Shown one piece after another: positions 23,010-35,563 of a stretch of DNA of 64,000 nucleotides. Source of the DNA: Squalus acanthias (taxonomy: Eukaryota). The DNA is taken from the NCBI GenBank assembly GCA_030390025.1, contig JASTWF010000035.1, positions 1,302,001 to 1,366,000 of the forward strand, written 5' to 3'. The position numbers were made by a program, and so were the translations under genes. The notes under the pieces are model-generated. The model saw only the letters and a list, made by a program, of their open reading frames with translations. It searched no databases and was not told the DNA's origin. Every line of letters starts with the position of its first letter. Position 1 is the stretch's first letter.

Positions 23010-25775
23010 AAAAGGCGATCTGGGAGCAGCAGCAGGACCTGATAGAAGGCGGAGCAGCCATAAAGGAACGCGGCAGAGGAGACCCGACACCGGAGGAGGC
23101 GGACTTGCATGGGAGCGGCAGCAGGACCTGAGAGGCAAAATTCAAAAGAGTGACATCAGAGTGAAAAAAAGTGACGTCGGCACGAGGGAAGGAGCTGATT
23201 GGTGAGTAGCTGGTGAGTTTTTTTTTAAGTTTTAGAAGTTTATTTCTTTTTTTTGAGCATCACTTTTTTTTTGTCTGTAGCCTTTTAGTCTTAAACTAAG
23301 GGCAGAGGGTTATACTAAATACGTCAGTTAATTAATCTAATAACTAGAGGCATGGCAGGGCAGCTCGGTCCCATGGAGTGAACATCCTGTGTCATGTGGC
23401 CATTGGGATAGTGGACGCATTGGTTGACATCTTCCAAAATTCTATAGATTCTGGAACGCTTCCTGCAGATTGGAGGATAGCAAATGCAACCCCGCTATTT
23501 AAGAAAGGAGGGAGAGAGAAAACGGGGAACTACAGACATGTTAGCCTCACATCAGTAGTTGGGAAAATGCTGGAATCTATTATAAAGGATACAATAACTG
23601 AGCACTTAGAAACTAATAGTAAGATTGGGCAGAGTCAACATGGATTTATGAAAGGGAAATCCTGTCTGACAAACCTATTGGAGTTCTTTGAGGATGTAAC
23701 TAGTGGAGTAGACAAAGGGGAACTGGTAGATGTGGTGTATCTGGATTTTCAGAAGGCCTTCGATAAGGTCCCACACAAGAGGTTGGTGAACAAAATTAGG
23801 GCACATGGAATTGGGGGTAATATACTAACATGGATTGAGAATTGGTTAACAGACAGAAAACAAAGAGTAGGGATAAACGGGTCTTTTTCAGGATGGCAGG
23901 CTGTGACTAGTGGGGTACCGCAAGGATCGGTGCTTGGGCCCCAGCTATTCACAATCTATATCAATGATTTGGATGAGGGGACTAAATGTAACATTTCCAA
24001 ATTTGCTGATGACACAAAGCTAGGTGGCAGTGACAGTTGCGAAGAGGATGTGAAGAGACTTCAAGGGGATCTCGACAGGCTCAGTGAGTGGGCCAGAACA
24101 TGGCAGATGGAATATAATGTGGATAAATGTGAAGTTATCCACTTTGGTAGAAAAAACAGAAAGGCAGAGTATTTCCTAAATGGTGAAAGATTGGGGAATG
24201 CAGATGCTCAAAGGGTCCTGGGTGTCCTTGTACATGAGTCACTGAAAGTGAATGTGCAGGTGCAGCAAGCCATTAGGAAGGCAAATGGTATGCTGGCCTT
24301 GATTTGAGTACAGGAGTAAAGACGTCTCACTCCAATTATATAGGGCCTTGGTGTGACCACACCTGGAGTACTGTGTACAATTTTGGTCTCCTTACCTAAG
24401 GAAGGATATACTTGCCATAGAGGGAGTGCAATGAAGGTTCACGAGATTGATTCCTGGGATGGCGGGATTGTCGTATGAGAAGAGATTGAGTAAACTAGGC
24501 CTGTATTCTCTTGAATTCAGAAGAATGAGAGGGAATCTCATTGAAGCATACAAAATTATTACAGGGCTTGATAGGGTGGATGCTGGGAGAATGTTTCCCT
24601 TGGCTGGGGAGGCTAGAACCAGGGGCGACAGCCTCAGGATAAAGGGTAGGTCATTAAGGACTGAGATGAGAAGAAATTTCTACACACAGAGGGTGGTGAA
24701 TCTTTGGAATTCTCTACCCCAGAGGGCTGTGGAGGCTCAGTCATTGGGTATATTCAAAACAGAAGTCGATAGATTTCTGACTAGTAAGGGCATCAAGGGA
24801 TATGGCAATAAGGTCGGTAAATGGAATTGAGGCAGAAGATCAGCCATGATCTCATTGAATGGCGGAGCAGGCTCAAAGGGCCGAATGGCCTACTCCTGCT
24901 CCTATTTCTTATGTTCTTATGTGGGAAGTCCTGGACGCTTCGCATAGCCTGGATGACCACATGTGCAGGAAGTGTCACCAGCTGCAGCAACTCGATCTCC
25001 GGCTTTCAGAGCTTGAGCGGCAGCTGGAGTCACTGCGGTGTATCCGTGAGGCTGAGAGTTACGTGGATAGCACATTTTAGGAGGTGGTCACCCACAGCTT
25101 AAGAGTGCAGGCAGAGAGGAAATGTGTGACCGCCAGTCAGACAAGGAGGACCAGGCAGGTAGTGCAGGAGTCCCCAGAGTGCATCTCGCTCTCCAACTAG
25201 TATTCTGTTCTGAGTAGTAGTGAGGGCAATGGTTCCTCTGGGGAGTGCAGCCAGAGACAAGTCCACGGCACCACGGATGGTGCAGCTGCACAGGTGGGGA
25301 GGAAAAAGAGTGGAAGAGCAATAGTGATCGGGGATTCGATAGTCAGGGGAGCAGACAGGCGTTTCTGCGGCCGCAGACGTGACTCCAGGATGGTATGTTA
25401 CCTCCCTAGTACCAGGGTCAAGGATGTCACTGACTGGCTGCAGTTCACTCTGAGGGGGGAGGGTGAACAGCCAGAGGTCGTTGTCCATATCGGTACCAAT
25501 GACACAGGCAGAAAGAGGGATGAGGTCCTGCAGGTAGAGTTTAGGGAGCTAGGAGAGAAATTAAAAAGCAGGACCTCAAAGGTAGTAATCTCCAGATTAT
25601 TCCCGGAGCCACGTGCTCGTGAGTACAGGGATAGTAGGATAGAACAGATGAATACGTGGCTGGAGAGATGGTGCAGGAGGGAGGGCTTTAGATTCCTGGG
25701 GCATTGGGACCGGTTCTGGGGGAGGTGGGACCTGTACAGGCCGGACGGATTACACCTCAACAGAGCCGGGAGCAA
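23010..25775 (+). mobile_element. CR1 5' UTR and ORF1 (zinc finger + SGNH esterase), with a 5'-truncated CR1 ORF2 copy (about 23400-24920) inserted in it
   Basis: ORF1 starts ATGGCAGGGCAG at 23352 and resumes at 24921 (CRKCHQLQQL; GDSIVRG..HIGTND..DGLHL). ATGTGG is repeated at both junctions. Confidence 0.85.
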
Positions 25776-25788
25776 TTACAGAGTCATA

Positions 25789-28700
25789 GGGCTGGATTTT
25801 GTCTTGGGGTCGGGTTGGGGTCGGGTCATCTGCATTTCGTGTTTCCCCCCCCCGACTCCAGTTGAATGTGGAAGAATGATGCAATTTTCACTTAATTGGT
25901 CAATTGAGTTCCAGCATGTGGGAACCCATGAACTAATTAGTGGTTTCAGTCTGAAAGTCGCCTCTGATGATGTCATCATTGCTGATTGCCTAGTCTGAGA
26001 GAGGACCTGCCTGGCTTGCTTTTGATGTGAGTGGACCTGGATGCAAGATGTGGGGGGAGGAAAGGAGAGAGAGAGAGAGAGAGAGAGAGTTTTTGCATCC
26101 AAGTCCTCTCATACCAAATGCCATTCAGTCTCTGAACACATTCAATGCAGCAGCAGACGCGACTTTCACACCACCTAATACTACTACTACCTTCATCACA
26201 TCTCTGTTGTAATAGTGGACCTGCAGCCGATAGTCAGCTATCCACTTGTGCTCCCGCCAGGTTTCACTGGAGTGTTTCACACCAGGCGTGCTTCACGTCA
26301 GAAAAGGGTTAAACTAGCTAAAACGTTTGAAAATCGCATTGCAGAGCCAATTTAGAGCTTGTTAAGGGCTTTAAACATAGATAGAAACATAGAAGATAGG
26401 AGCAGGAGTAGGCCATTCGGCCCCTCGAGCCTGCTCCGCCATTCGATGAGATCATGGCTGATCATCTAAACTCAGTACCCTGTACCTGCCTTCTCCCCAT
26501 ATCCCTTGATACCTTTAGCTTTAAGAAATATATCTAACTCATCCTTGAATATATTTAATGACTTCGCCTCAACTACCTTCTGTGGTAGAGAATTCCACAG
26601 GTTCACCACTCTCTGGGTGAATAAATTCTTCCTCATTTCTGTCCTAAATGGTTTACCTGTTATCCGTAGATTATGACCCCTGGTTCTGGACTCTCCGACC
26701 ATCGGGAACATTCTTCCTTCATCTAGTTTGTCCAGACCTGTCAGAATTTTATATGTTTCGATGAGATCCCCTCTCATTCTTCTATACTCCAGTGAGTATA
26801 AGCCCAATCGACCCAATCTCTCCTCATATGTCATTCCTGCCATCCCAGGTATCAGCCTTGTGAATCTTCGCTGAACTCCTTCCATGGCAAGAACATCCTT
26901 CCTCAGATAAGGCGACCAAAACTGCACACAGTACTCAAGGTGTGGTCTCACCAAGGCCCTGTACAACTGCAGCAGGACATCCCTGTTCCTATACTCAAAC
27001 CCTTTCGCTATGAAGGCCAACATACCATTTGCCTTCTTCACCGCCTGCTGCACCTGCATGCTTACTTTCAGCGACTGGTGCACAAGGACACCCAGGTCTC
27101 GTTACACTTCCCCTTCTCCCAATCTATTGCCATTCAGATAATAGTCTGCCTTTCTATTTTTGACACCAAAGTGGATAACCTCGCACTTATCCACGTTATA
27201 TTGCATCTGCCACGCTTCTGCCCACTCACCCAACCTGTCCAGATCATCCTGGAGTTTCTCGCTATCCTCCTCGCTGCACACACTCCCACCCAGCTTTGTG
27301 TCATCTGCAAACTTGGAGATATTACATTTAATTCCCTTATCTAGATCATTAATGTATATTGTGAATAGCTGGGGTCCAAGGACCGATCCCTGCGGTACCC
27401 CACTAGTCACTGCTTGCCACTCAGAAAAAGACCCATTAATTCCTACTCTCTGCTTTCTGTCCGCCAACCAGTTCTCTATCCAATTCAATACCTTGCCCCC
27501 AATCCCATGTGCCTTAACTTTACCCGCTAATCTCTTATGCGGGACCTTATCGAAAGCCTTTTGAAAGTTCAAATACACCACATCTACTGGTTCTCCCTTA
27601 TCTATTTTCCCCGTTACATCCTCAAAAAATTCCACTAGATTAGTCAAGCATGATTTACCTTTTGTAAATCCATGTTGACTTTGTCCGATCCTGTCACTGT
27701 TTTTCAAATGCTCAGCTATTACATCCTTTATAATGGACTCTAGCATTTTCCCCACTACCGATGTCAGGCTGTAATTCCCTGCTTTCTCTCTACCACCCTT
27801 TTTGAATAGTGGGGTAACATTAGCTACCCTCCAATCCATGGGTACAGTTCCAGATTCCATCGAATGTTGGAAGATGATCAGCAATGCATCTACTATTTCT
27901 AGGGCCACTTCCTTAAGTACCCTAGGATGTAGATTATCAGGCCCTGGGGATTTATCGGCCTTCAATCCCATCAATTTCCCTAACACCATTTCCCTACAAA
28001 TACTGATTTCATTCAATTCCTCCCTCTCATTAGACCCTATGTTCCCCGACATCTCTGGGAGGTTATTTGTGTCCTCCTTTTTGAAGACAGAACCAAAATA
28101 TGCATTTAATTGGGCTGCCATTTCTTTGTTCCCCATTATAACTTCCCCCGCTTCTGACTGCAAGGGACCTACACTTGATTTCACTAATCTTTTTCTCTTC
28201 GCATATCTATAAAAGCTCTTACAGTCAGTTTTTATGTTCCCAGCAAGCTTACTTTCATATTCTATTTTCCCCTTCTTAATTAATCCCTTTGTCCTCCTTT
28301 GTTGAATCCTAAACTGCTCCCAATCCTCAGGGCTACCGCTTTTTCTGGCCAATTTATATGCCCTCTCCTTGGATCTTATGCTATCCCTAATTTCCCTTGT
28401 TAGCCACGGTTGAGTCACCCTTTTTGTTTTATTCTTATGCCACACTGGGATGTACAAATTCTGTAGTTCATCCATGCAGTCTTTGAATGTTTGCCATTGC
28501 CTATCCACCGTCAACCCCTTGAGTGACATTCCCCAATCAATCCTACCCAATTCGCGCCTCATACCATCGTAGTTTCCTTTATTTAAATTCAGGACCCTAG
28601 TCTCTGATTCAACTACTTCACTCTCCATCCTAATGAAGAATTCTATCATATTATGATCACTCTGACCCAAGGGGCCTCTTACAACAAGATTGCTAATTAA

Positions 28701-30544
28701 TCCTTTCTCGTTGCATAATACCCAGTCTAAGATGGCCTGATCTCTGGTTGGTTGCTCGACATATTGTTCCAGAAAACCATCTCGTAAACATTCTAGGAAT
28801 TCCTCCTCCACAGTATTTTTACTAATTTGGTTAGCCCAATCTATATTTAAATTAAAGTCACCCATGATGACTGCTGTGCCCTTACTGCATGCTTCTCTAA
28901 TTTCCCTTTTAATGCCGTCCCCAACCTCCGTATTACTGTTTGAAGGTCTATATACCACTCCCACTAACGTTTTCTGCCCCTTGTTATTTCTCAGTTCTAC
29001 CCATACAGATTCCACATCATCAGAGCTAATATCCTTCCTTTCAATTGTGTTAATCCCCTCTTTAACCAGCAATGCTACCCCACCTCCCTTTCTTTTTTGC
29101 CTATCTTTCCTAAATATTGAATAACCCTGGATGTTGAGTTCCCAGCCTTGGCCACCCTGGAGCCATGTTTCTGTAATCCCAATCAAATCGTTTTCATTTA
29201 CCTCTATTTGCGCAGCTAATTCATCCACCTTGTTCCGAATGCTCCTTGCATTAAGACACAAAGCCTTCAGGCTTGTTTTTTTAACGCTCTCAGACCTATA
29301 TGAATTATTATTTACTGTGACCATGTTTGATTTAAACCGTTGAGTTCTTTGCCTTCTACTTTTGTTTTTCTCCTTCCTGTCTTTAGCTTTTATCCTTATT
29401 TCCCTTTCCTCTGTCTCCCTGCTCAGGTTCCCAACCCCCTGCCACTTTAGTTTAAACCCTCCCCAACAGCACTAGCTCCTAACTCCCTATATTCTGCTTT
29501 TAGGACCTCATCCCGTTTTTTTACCTATATCGTTGATGCCTATGTGCACCACGACAACTGGCTGTTCGCCCTCCCCCTCCAAAGTGTTCTGTAGCCGCTC
29601 CGAGACGTCCTTGACCCTTGCACCAGGGAGGCAACACACCATCCTTGAGTCTTGATTGCGGCCGCAGAAACGTCTATCTATTCCCCTTACAATTGAATCC
29701 CCTATCACTATAGCTCTTCCACACTTTTTCCTCCCAGCCTGTGCAGCAGAGCCACTCATGGTGCCAGGAAGTTGGCTGCTGCCGCCTTCCCCTGATAAGT
29801 CATCCCCCCCAACAGCATCCAAAGTGGTATATCTGTTTGAGAGGGGGATGGCCACAGGGGACCCCTGCACTACCTGCCTGCACCTCTTACTCTGCCTGGT
29901 GGTCACCCATTCACTTCCTGCCTGTACACCCTTTACCTGCGGTGTGACCAACTCGCTAAACATGTTATTCATGACGTTCTCAGCGTCGCGAATGCTCCAA
30001 TATGCATCCAGCCGCAGCTCCAGCGCCGCAATGCGGTCCATCAGTAGCTGCAGCTGGATACATTTCCCACACACATGGTCGTCAGGGACACAGGAAGTGT
30101 CCCTGATTTCCTACATATTGCAGGAGGAGCATATCACGGCGCCGAGCTCTGCTGCCATGACTTACCCTTTAATTAATTAATTGAAATTAAACTAATTGAA
30201 TCCCACCAATTTCACTTCAATTAAATGATATACTCAAGGGCCCTTGCTTAACAGCAGTCCCCACTACACCACAGAGACCCTAGAAACTATAAACCACAGA
30301 ATTTAAGTATGGAAAAAAGGAGAAAAAGAGAAATACTCACCAACCAATCACTTACCTGCTTTCTGGTGACGTCACACTTTAATGGCCTCTCCCACCTCTT
30401 GGAGGCGGGACGGAGTCGGGAACCCTGTGACTGATTTTGTCAAAATTGCGTGGAGGCGGGTTGGGGTCGGGACCACCGACCCCGCAAATTTAACCCCCCA
30501 CACGCCTCCAAACCCGACTCCATGGGTCATTCAAAATCCAGCCC
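25789..30544. mobile_element. Non-autonomous Harbinger-like element, interrupted by a near full-length CR1
   Basis: TIRs GGGCTGGATTTT / AAAATCCAGCCC and 3-bp TSD ATA (25786-25788, 30545-30547). Confidence 0.8.
26372..30400 (-). mobile_element. Near full-length CR1 LINE (ORF1 from 30158 with an internal deletion; ORF2 29324-26472 with a premature TAA at 27102)
   Basis: ORF1 CSSC/CGKC zinc finger and esterase; ORF2 APE + RT; AAACATAG tail. Confidence 0.93.
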
Positions 30545-30549
30545 ATAGA

Positions 30550-32795
30550 GTCTAATGAAAACAAATCCAGCTTCTCCAACCTGTCCTTGTAGCTAAATTT
30601 CCGCCATCGCCGGAACCATTCTGGTAAATCTCCTTTGCATCCTCTCAAGGGTCTTCACATCCTTCCTAAAGTGTGGTGAGCAGAACTGGACGCAATAATC
30701 CAGTTGTGGCCTAACCAGCGCTTTATAAAGGTTCAGCATAATTTCTCTACTTTTGTACTCAATACCTCTATTTATGAAGCCCAAGATCCCATATGCTTTG
30801 CTAACCACTCTCTCAATATGTCCTGCCACCTTCAGGGACCTATGCACATTAACTCTCAGGTCCCTCAGTACCTGCACACTCTTTAAAACTGTGCCATTAA
30901 GTATATATTGCCTCTCCCTGTTCCTTCTGCCAAAATGCATCACCTCACACTTCTCTGTATTAAATTCCATCTGCCACTTGTCTGCCCATTCTGCTAGCCT
31001 TTCTATGTCCTGTTGAAGTCGATTGGTATCATCCTCACTGTTTGCCACACCCCCAAGTTTGGTGTCATTGGCAAATTTAGAAATTCTACTCTGTATTCCA
31101 ATATCCAGGTCATTTATATATATAAAGAAAAACAGTGGTCCCAGCACTGACCCTTGGGGAACACCACTGTCTACCATCATCCAGTCTGAAAAACAGCCAT
31201 TTACCACAACTCGCTGTTTTCTGTCCTTAAGCCAATTCTTTATCCAAGCTGCCACTGACCCACCTATTCCGTGAGCCTCAATTTTGTTAATTGAAGATTG
31301 GAAAATTATTGCAAAATGGTGAGGACTGGGCACTTAATATTCAAGGGTACAAGATGTTCAGAAACGATAGTGAAGGAAAAAAGTGGGGTGGGGTGTCAAT
31401 GCTGATTAAGGAAGACATTGTAGTGTTGGAAATCACAGAATCCCAGAATCCCCACAGTGCAGATAGAGGCCATTTCGGCCCATCGAGCCTGCACCGACAC
31501 ATATCCCACCCTATCCCCGTAACCCCACGTATTTAATCCCCCTAACACTAAGGGTCAATTTATCATAGCCAAATCAACCTAACCCGCACATCTTTGGACT
31601 GTGGGAGGAAACCGGAGCACCCGGAGGAAACCCACGCAGACACGGGGAGAATGTGCAAACTCCACACAGACAGTCACCTGAGGCCGGATTCGAACCCGGG
31701 TCCCTGGCGCTGTGAGGCAACAGTGCTAACCACTATGCCGCCGTGTTGCCCAAAGGGAGGATGTTCTTGAGGGGACAATGACAGAATCCATTTGGTTAGA
31801 GTTGAGGCCTCCAAATAGTGAGAGGGAGGCAGAGGAGTAAATCTGCAAGGAAATTGCAGAGATATGCAAGAGCTATAGAGTGGTGATATTGGGGGACTTT
31901 AATTACCCAAATATCGATTGGGATAATGCTGGGGGAAAGGAGGGGGAGGAATTTCTGAAATGTGTTCAGGAGAATTTCCTTGACCAGTATGTTCTTGGCC
32001 CAACTAGGAAGGAGGCATTGCTAGATCTAGTGCTCGGGAATGAGGTGGGCCAGGTCAACCAAGTGTCTGTGGGAGAACACTTCGGTATGAGTTATCATTG
32101 TATCATAAGATTTAGATTAGCAATGGAGAGGAGCAAGGAACAATCTAGAGTGGAACTTTTAAACTGGAATAGGGCTAACTTCAATGGAATGCGAAGGGAT
32201 CTAGCCAGGGTAAAATGGAACCAAAGACTGACAGGAAAAACTGTAACAGAACAATGGGTGATCTTTAAGGAGGAGATGTTCCAAATACAGGCTAGGTACA
32301 TTCCAACAAGAGGGAAGGGTAAGGGAACCAAAGCAAGGGCTCCTTGGATGACGAGGGAGATAGAGAAGATGATGAAAGAACAAAAGAGGGTGTATGATGC
32401 ATGTGAGGTGAATTCTTCAAGGGAGAACCAGACCAAATACAATAAGTTGAGAGGGGAAGTGAAGATGAAAATGAGATTGGCAAAGAGAGAATGAGAGTAG
32501 AATGGTGGTTAAAATAAAAGGGAACCCAAAAATCTTCTACCGGCATGTAAACAGTAAGCAGGTAGTAAGAGGTGGGGTGGAGCCTATTAGTGACAAAGAA
32601 GGTGTTATATGCTTAGAGGCACAGGGCAAGGCTAGAATACTCAATGAGTACTTTGTATCGGTGTTTACTAAGGAGGTGGATGCTGACAAAATATCGGTAG
32701 AAGTGGAAAAGGTAGAAGCAATGGAAGGGGTGAAAATTGATAGACAGGATGTATGAGAAAGGCTGGGTATGCTTAGAGTGGATAAGTCGCCAGGG
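30550..32795. mobile_element. Older CR1 copy in two oppositely oriented pieces (- strand RT 30550-31290; + strand endonuclease region 31291-32795)
   Basis: ORF 30593-31333 (-) has [10 protein letters not shown]; ORFs 31880-32756 (+) have GDFNYP..LDLVL. Confidence 0.8.
31431..31751 (-). mobile_element. V-SINE (HE1-like, elasmobranch)
   Basis: - strand A box TGGTTAGCAC and B box GGTTCGAATCC; V-domain sequence GGAGGAAACCGGAGCACCCGGAGGAAACCCACGCAGACACGGGGAGAA on +; CR1-like tail. Confidence 0.88.
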
Positions 32796-32799
32796 AAGG

Positions 32800-33850
32800 G
32801 GCACCCAGGGTCTCGCACGCAGCACTCCAGCTTTGTGCAGGGGATCAACACTGCAAGACCGGTCCTCTACTCACAGGGGCTAGGAGGCCACATCACCAAG
32901 GCCGTCACTGCCAGCAGTGCCACTCCCACCACCTGGCTCCAGTGCCCAAAGAAGCTTCATGACCTCAGACCACTGGTCAAGGTCAGTGAATGTATCTTCA
33001 AAAGCCGTCTCCTACCAACTGAATCACTAGCCTCACACACTTCTCAATGCACGACTCCCCCCTACAATCACTCACCTACCAACAATCTGTACTGATCACG
33101 AGGCACACCTCCCATTCCTAGCCTCACCTCAACCCCTCGGCGGAGACTGTGCAGGCCATTCTTGGCAGGGTCATGGTTGAGCCCTTGGCCAGTGGCAGGG
33201 CTGAAAGGATACAAGATGCCGGTATCCTCCTACGTTATCCTCCTTCTTGCGCGCATCTCTTGCTTTCCCGCCCTCCCCTCAACACAACTCCACCCTTGTG
33301 CCTTCCTCATTTCACACACCCAAGAAATGCAGCCTGCCCAACCAGTGGTTGACCAAGAAGAGGGAGAGGAGAGTGAAGAAGAAGAAGAAGAAGAAATGTC
33401 ATCACTCAATTTGACATTCCCAGCCACCAACTCCCTAAAGTCGACCAGCAAGGCCATTTGCAGTGTCCCCCACTGAGTCAATAGCCTTCCCCCAGCCATG
33501 CTGCAGCCACTGGGGTAGCACTGCATGACATCAGTAGGATAGGCAAAGGCACACACAATAAGAGGATGCATAAGGGAGATGAGTTGATTTCTTGATGTCT
33601 ATTGGATGGATAGATGTATAAAGTTGGATGGAAAGTTTGCTTTGTGGTGGGTTTTATTTCAGCATTGTGGCCAAGAGGACACTGTGATGGCCAGTAGCAG
33701 AGGGAAGGTAAGGTGTGAGATGAATGTTGAAAGGGGAATTGGGGTTGTGGTCACTCGTACCGCAGGCAGATGATTCCAACCCGATATCCTGGCCAGAAAG
33801 GGGCTGTCTGGGATGCATCTTTCCTTCTGCTTCCTCCTCTTCGTCTTCTT
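32800..33850 (+). mobile_element. Degenerate Harbinger remnant (Myb-gene traces)
   Basis: TWLQCPKKLHDLRPLVK|GTCAGT parallels THVQCRKKFNDLTRVVR|GTGAGT of the intact element; acidic tract follows. Confidence 0.55.
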
Positions 33851-33852
33851 CC

Positions 33853-34505
33853 TAGAATCATAGAAATTTACGGCACAGAAGGAGGCCATTCAGCCCATCG
33901 TATCTGTGCCGGCCGAAAAAGAACTATCCACCCTAATCCCACTTTCCAGCTCTTGGTCCATAGCCTTGTACGTCATTGCACTTCAAGTGTATATCCAAGT
34001 ACATTTTAAATGTGATGAGGGTCTCTGCCTCTACCACCCTTTCAGACCCCCACCACCCTTTGGGTGCAAAAAGTTCTCAACTCCCCCCTAATCCTTCAAC
34101 CACTTACATTAAATCTTTGCCCCCTGGTTATTGACCTCTCTGCTAAGGGAAATAGGTCCTTCCTGTCCACTCTATCTTGGCCCCTCATAATTTTATACAG
34201 CTCAATCAAGTCTCCCTCAGCCTCCTCTGTTCCAACGAAAACAACCCCAACCTATCCAATCTTTCCTCATGTCTAAAATTCTCCAGAGTGGCAACATCCT
34301 CTTACATCTCCTCTGTACCCTCTCTAGTGCAATCACATCCTTCCTGTAATGTGGTGACCAAAACCATATGCAGTATTCTAGCTGTGGCCTAACTAGTGTT
34401 TTACACAGTTCAAGCAAAACCTCCCTGCTCTTATATTCTATGCCTCAGCTAATAAAGGAAAGTATCCCATACGCCTTCTTAACCACCTGCTACCTTCAGG
34501 GATCT
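33853..34505 (-). mobile_element. CR1 3' fragment
   Basis: - strand KTLVRPQLEYCIWFWSPHYRKD; TAGAATCA tail. Confidence 0.8.
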
Positions 34506-34717
34506 TCAGCTTCTTCCTCTTCTGTGTCTTCCTCTTGCGCTTCCTCCTCTCTGGCTTCTTCCTCTTCTGTTTCTTCCAGTTCTGCATCTTCCTCTACTGT
34601 GTCTTCCTCTCCTGCCTCTTCCACTTCCCTCTGTGAGCGGCTGCTGTAAATCTGAAATAAAAGCAGAAAATGCTGGAAATACTCAGCAGGTCAGGCAGCA
34701 TCTCAAACTGAGACATG

Positions 34718-35563
34718 GGGCTGGATTTTCCAAGCTCCGAGGAGGCGGGCATGGAGGCGGGACAGCCGGTAAATTAGAAGAAAGTGGGGGCGGATGGCAA
34801 ACCCGCCCCCATCCTGCCTCCGTGCCCTTTTGCCAGGAGGTGGGAAGATGTGCTGCTTCGTGTCCCGTCTCCTGGAGGCGGGAAAGACATTTAATTCTTT
34901 TAACTGCCTGTTAACTGGTAGTTAACAGGCAGAAAAAAGGATTAGTGTCATTTTATCTTCACAGGTGAAGGCTTCCTGACCTCGGAGAACCCCGCCGGGT
35001 TGGAGGAGACGTGAAGGAGGTCTGCGGCGGTCGGAAGCACCTGGAAGTAAGATGTAGAGGTGAGTGATGGGTGCAAGTGTGGAGTGGTAAGTATGCAAGG
35101 TGAGTGATAAGTTTTAAAAAATGTTCACTTACCTTGTTTTCTTCCTACAGCCTTCAGCCACGTTGGATCGGGAGAGTTGACATCCTCCTTGTCAATTTCA
35201 CAGACTAGCTGTTGGAACCTCCGAACTAACAGCCATGTGAAATTTACAAAGTTGAAAGATTTGATGAGTCCTGAACACAAAGGCTCATCAAACTAAAGAG
35301 AATGTCAGTGTTTGACAGCTTCACAGAGCTGTCAAACGCTGACATTTCTTCTTTCAAGAAGTCTTGACAGATAGCATGTCTGACGTTGACGTGATCTGTC
35401 AGTGACTTCCCCCCTAATTGGCCTGCTGAGCCCGCAGGGCGGGCTTAACAAGCTCAATCAGGGGAAAATCCCTCTGGTTGGTCAGGCGAGGATGGAGACG
35501 AGACATTGACACAACAAGCCACTGTCCCGCTTCCAACTCGTTTCCATTCACAAAATCCAGCCC
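34718..35563. mobile_element. Non-autonomous Harbinger-like MITE (846 bp) between Penelope-like fragments
   Basis: TIRs GGGCTGGATTTT / AAAATCCAGCCC and TSD ATG (34715-34717, 35564-35566). Confidence 0.85.

Noticed and set aside
34500..34632. CT-rich tract with AG/GT ends that could be read as a hydrophobic TM exon or a Ser-rich exon
   Set aside because: The acceptor is part of the adjacent CR1 fragment, the hydrophobicity follows from CT low complexity, and the exit phase of the hydrophobic reading does not fit the next phase-1 exon. It is more likely an acidic TE-derived tract on the - strand
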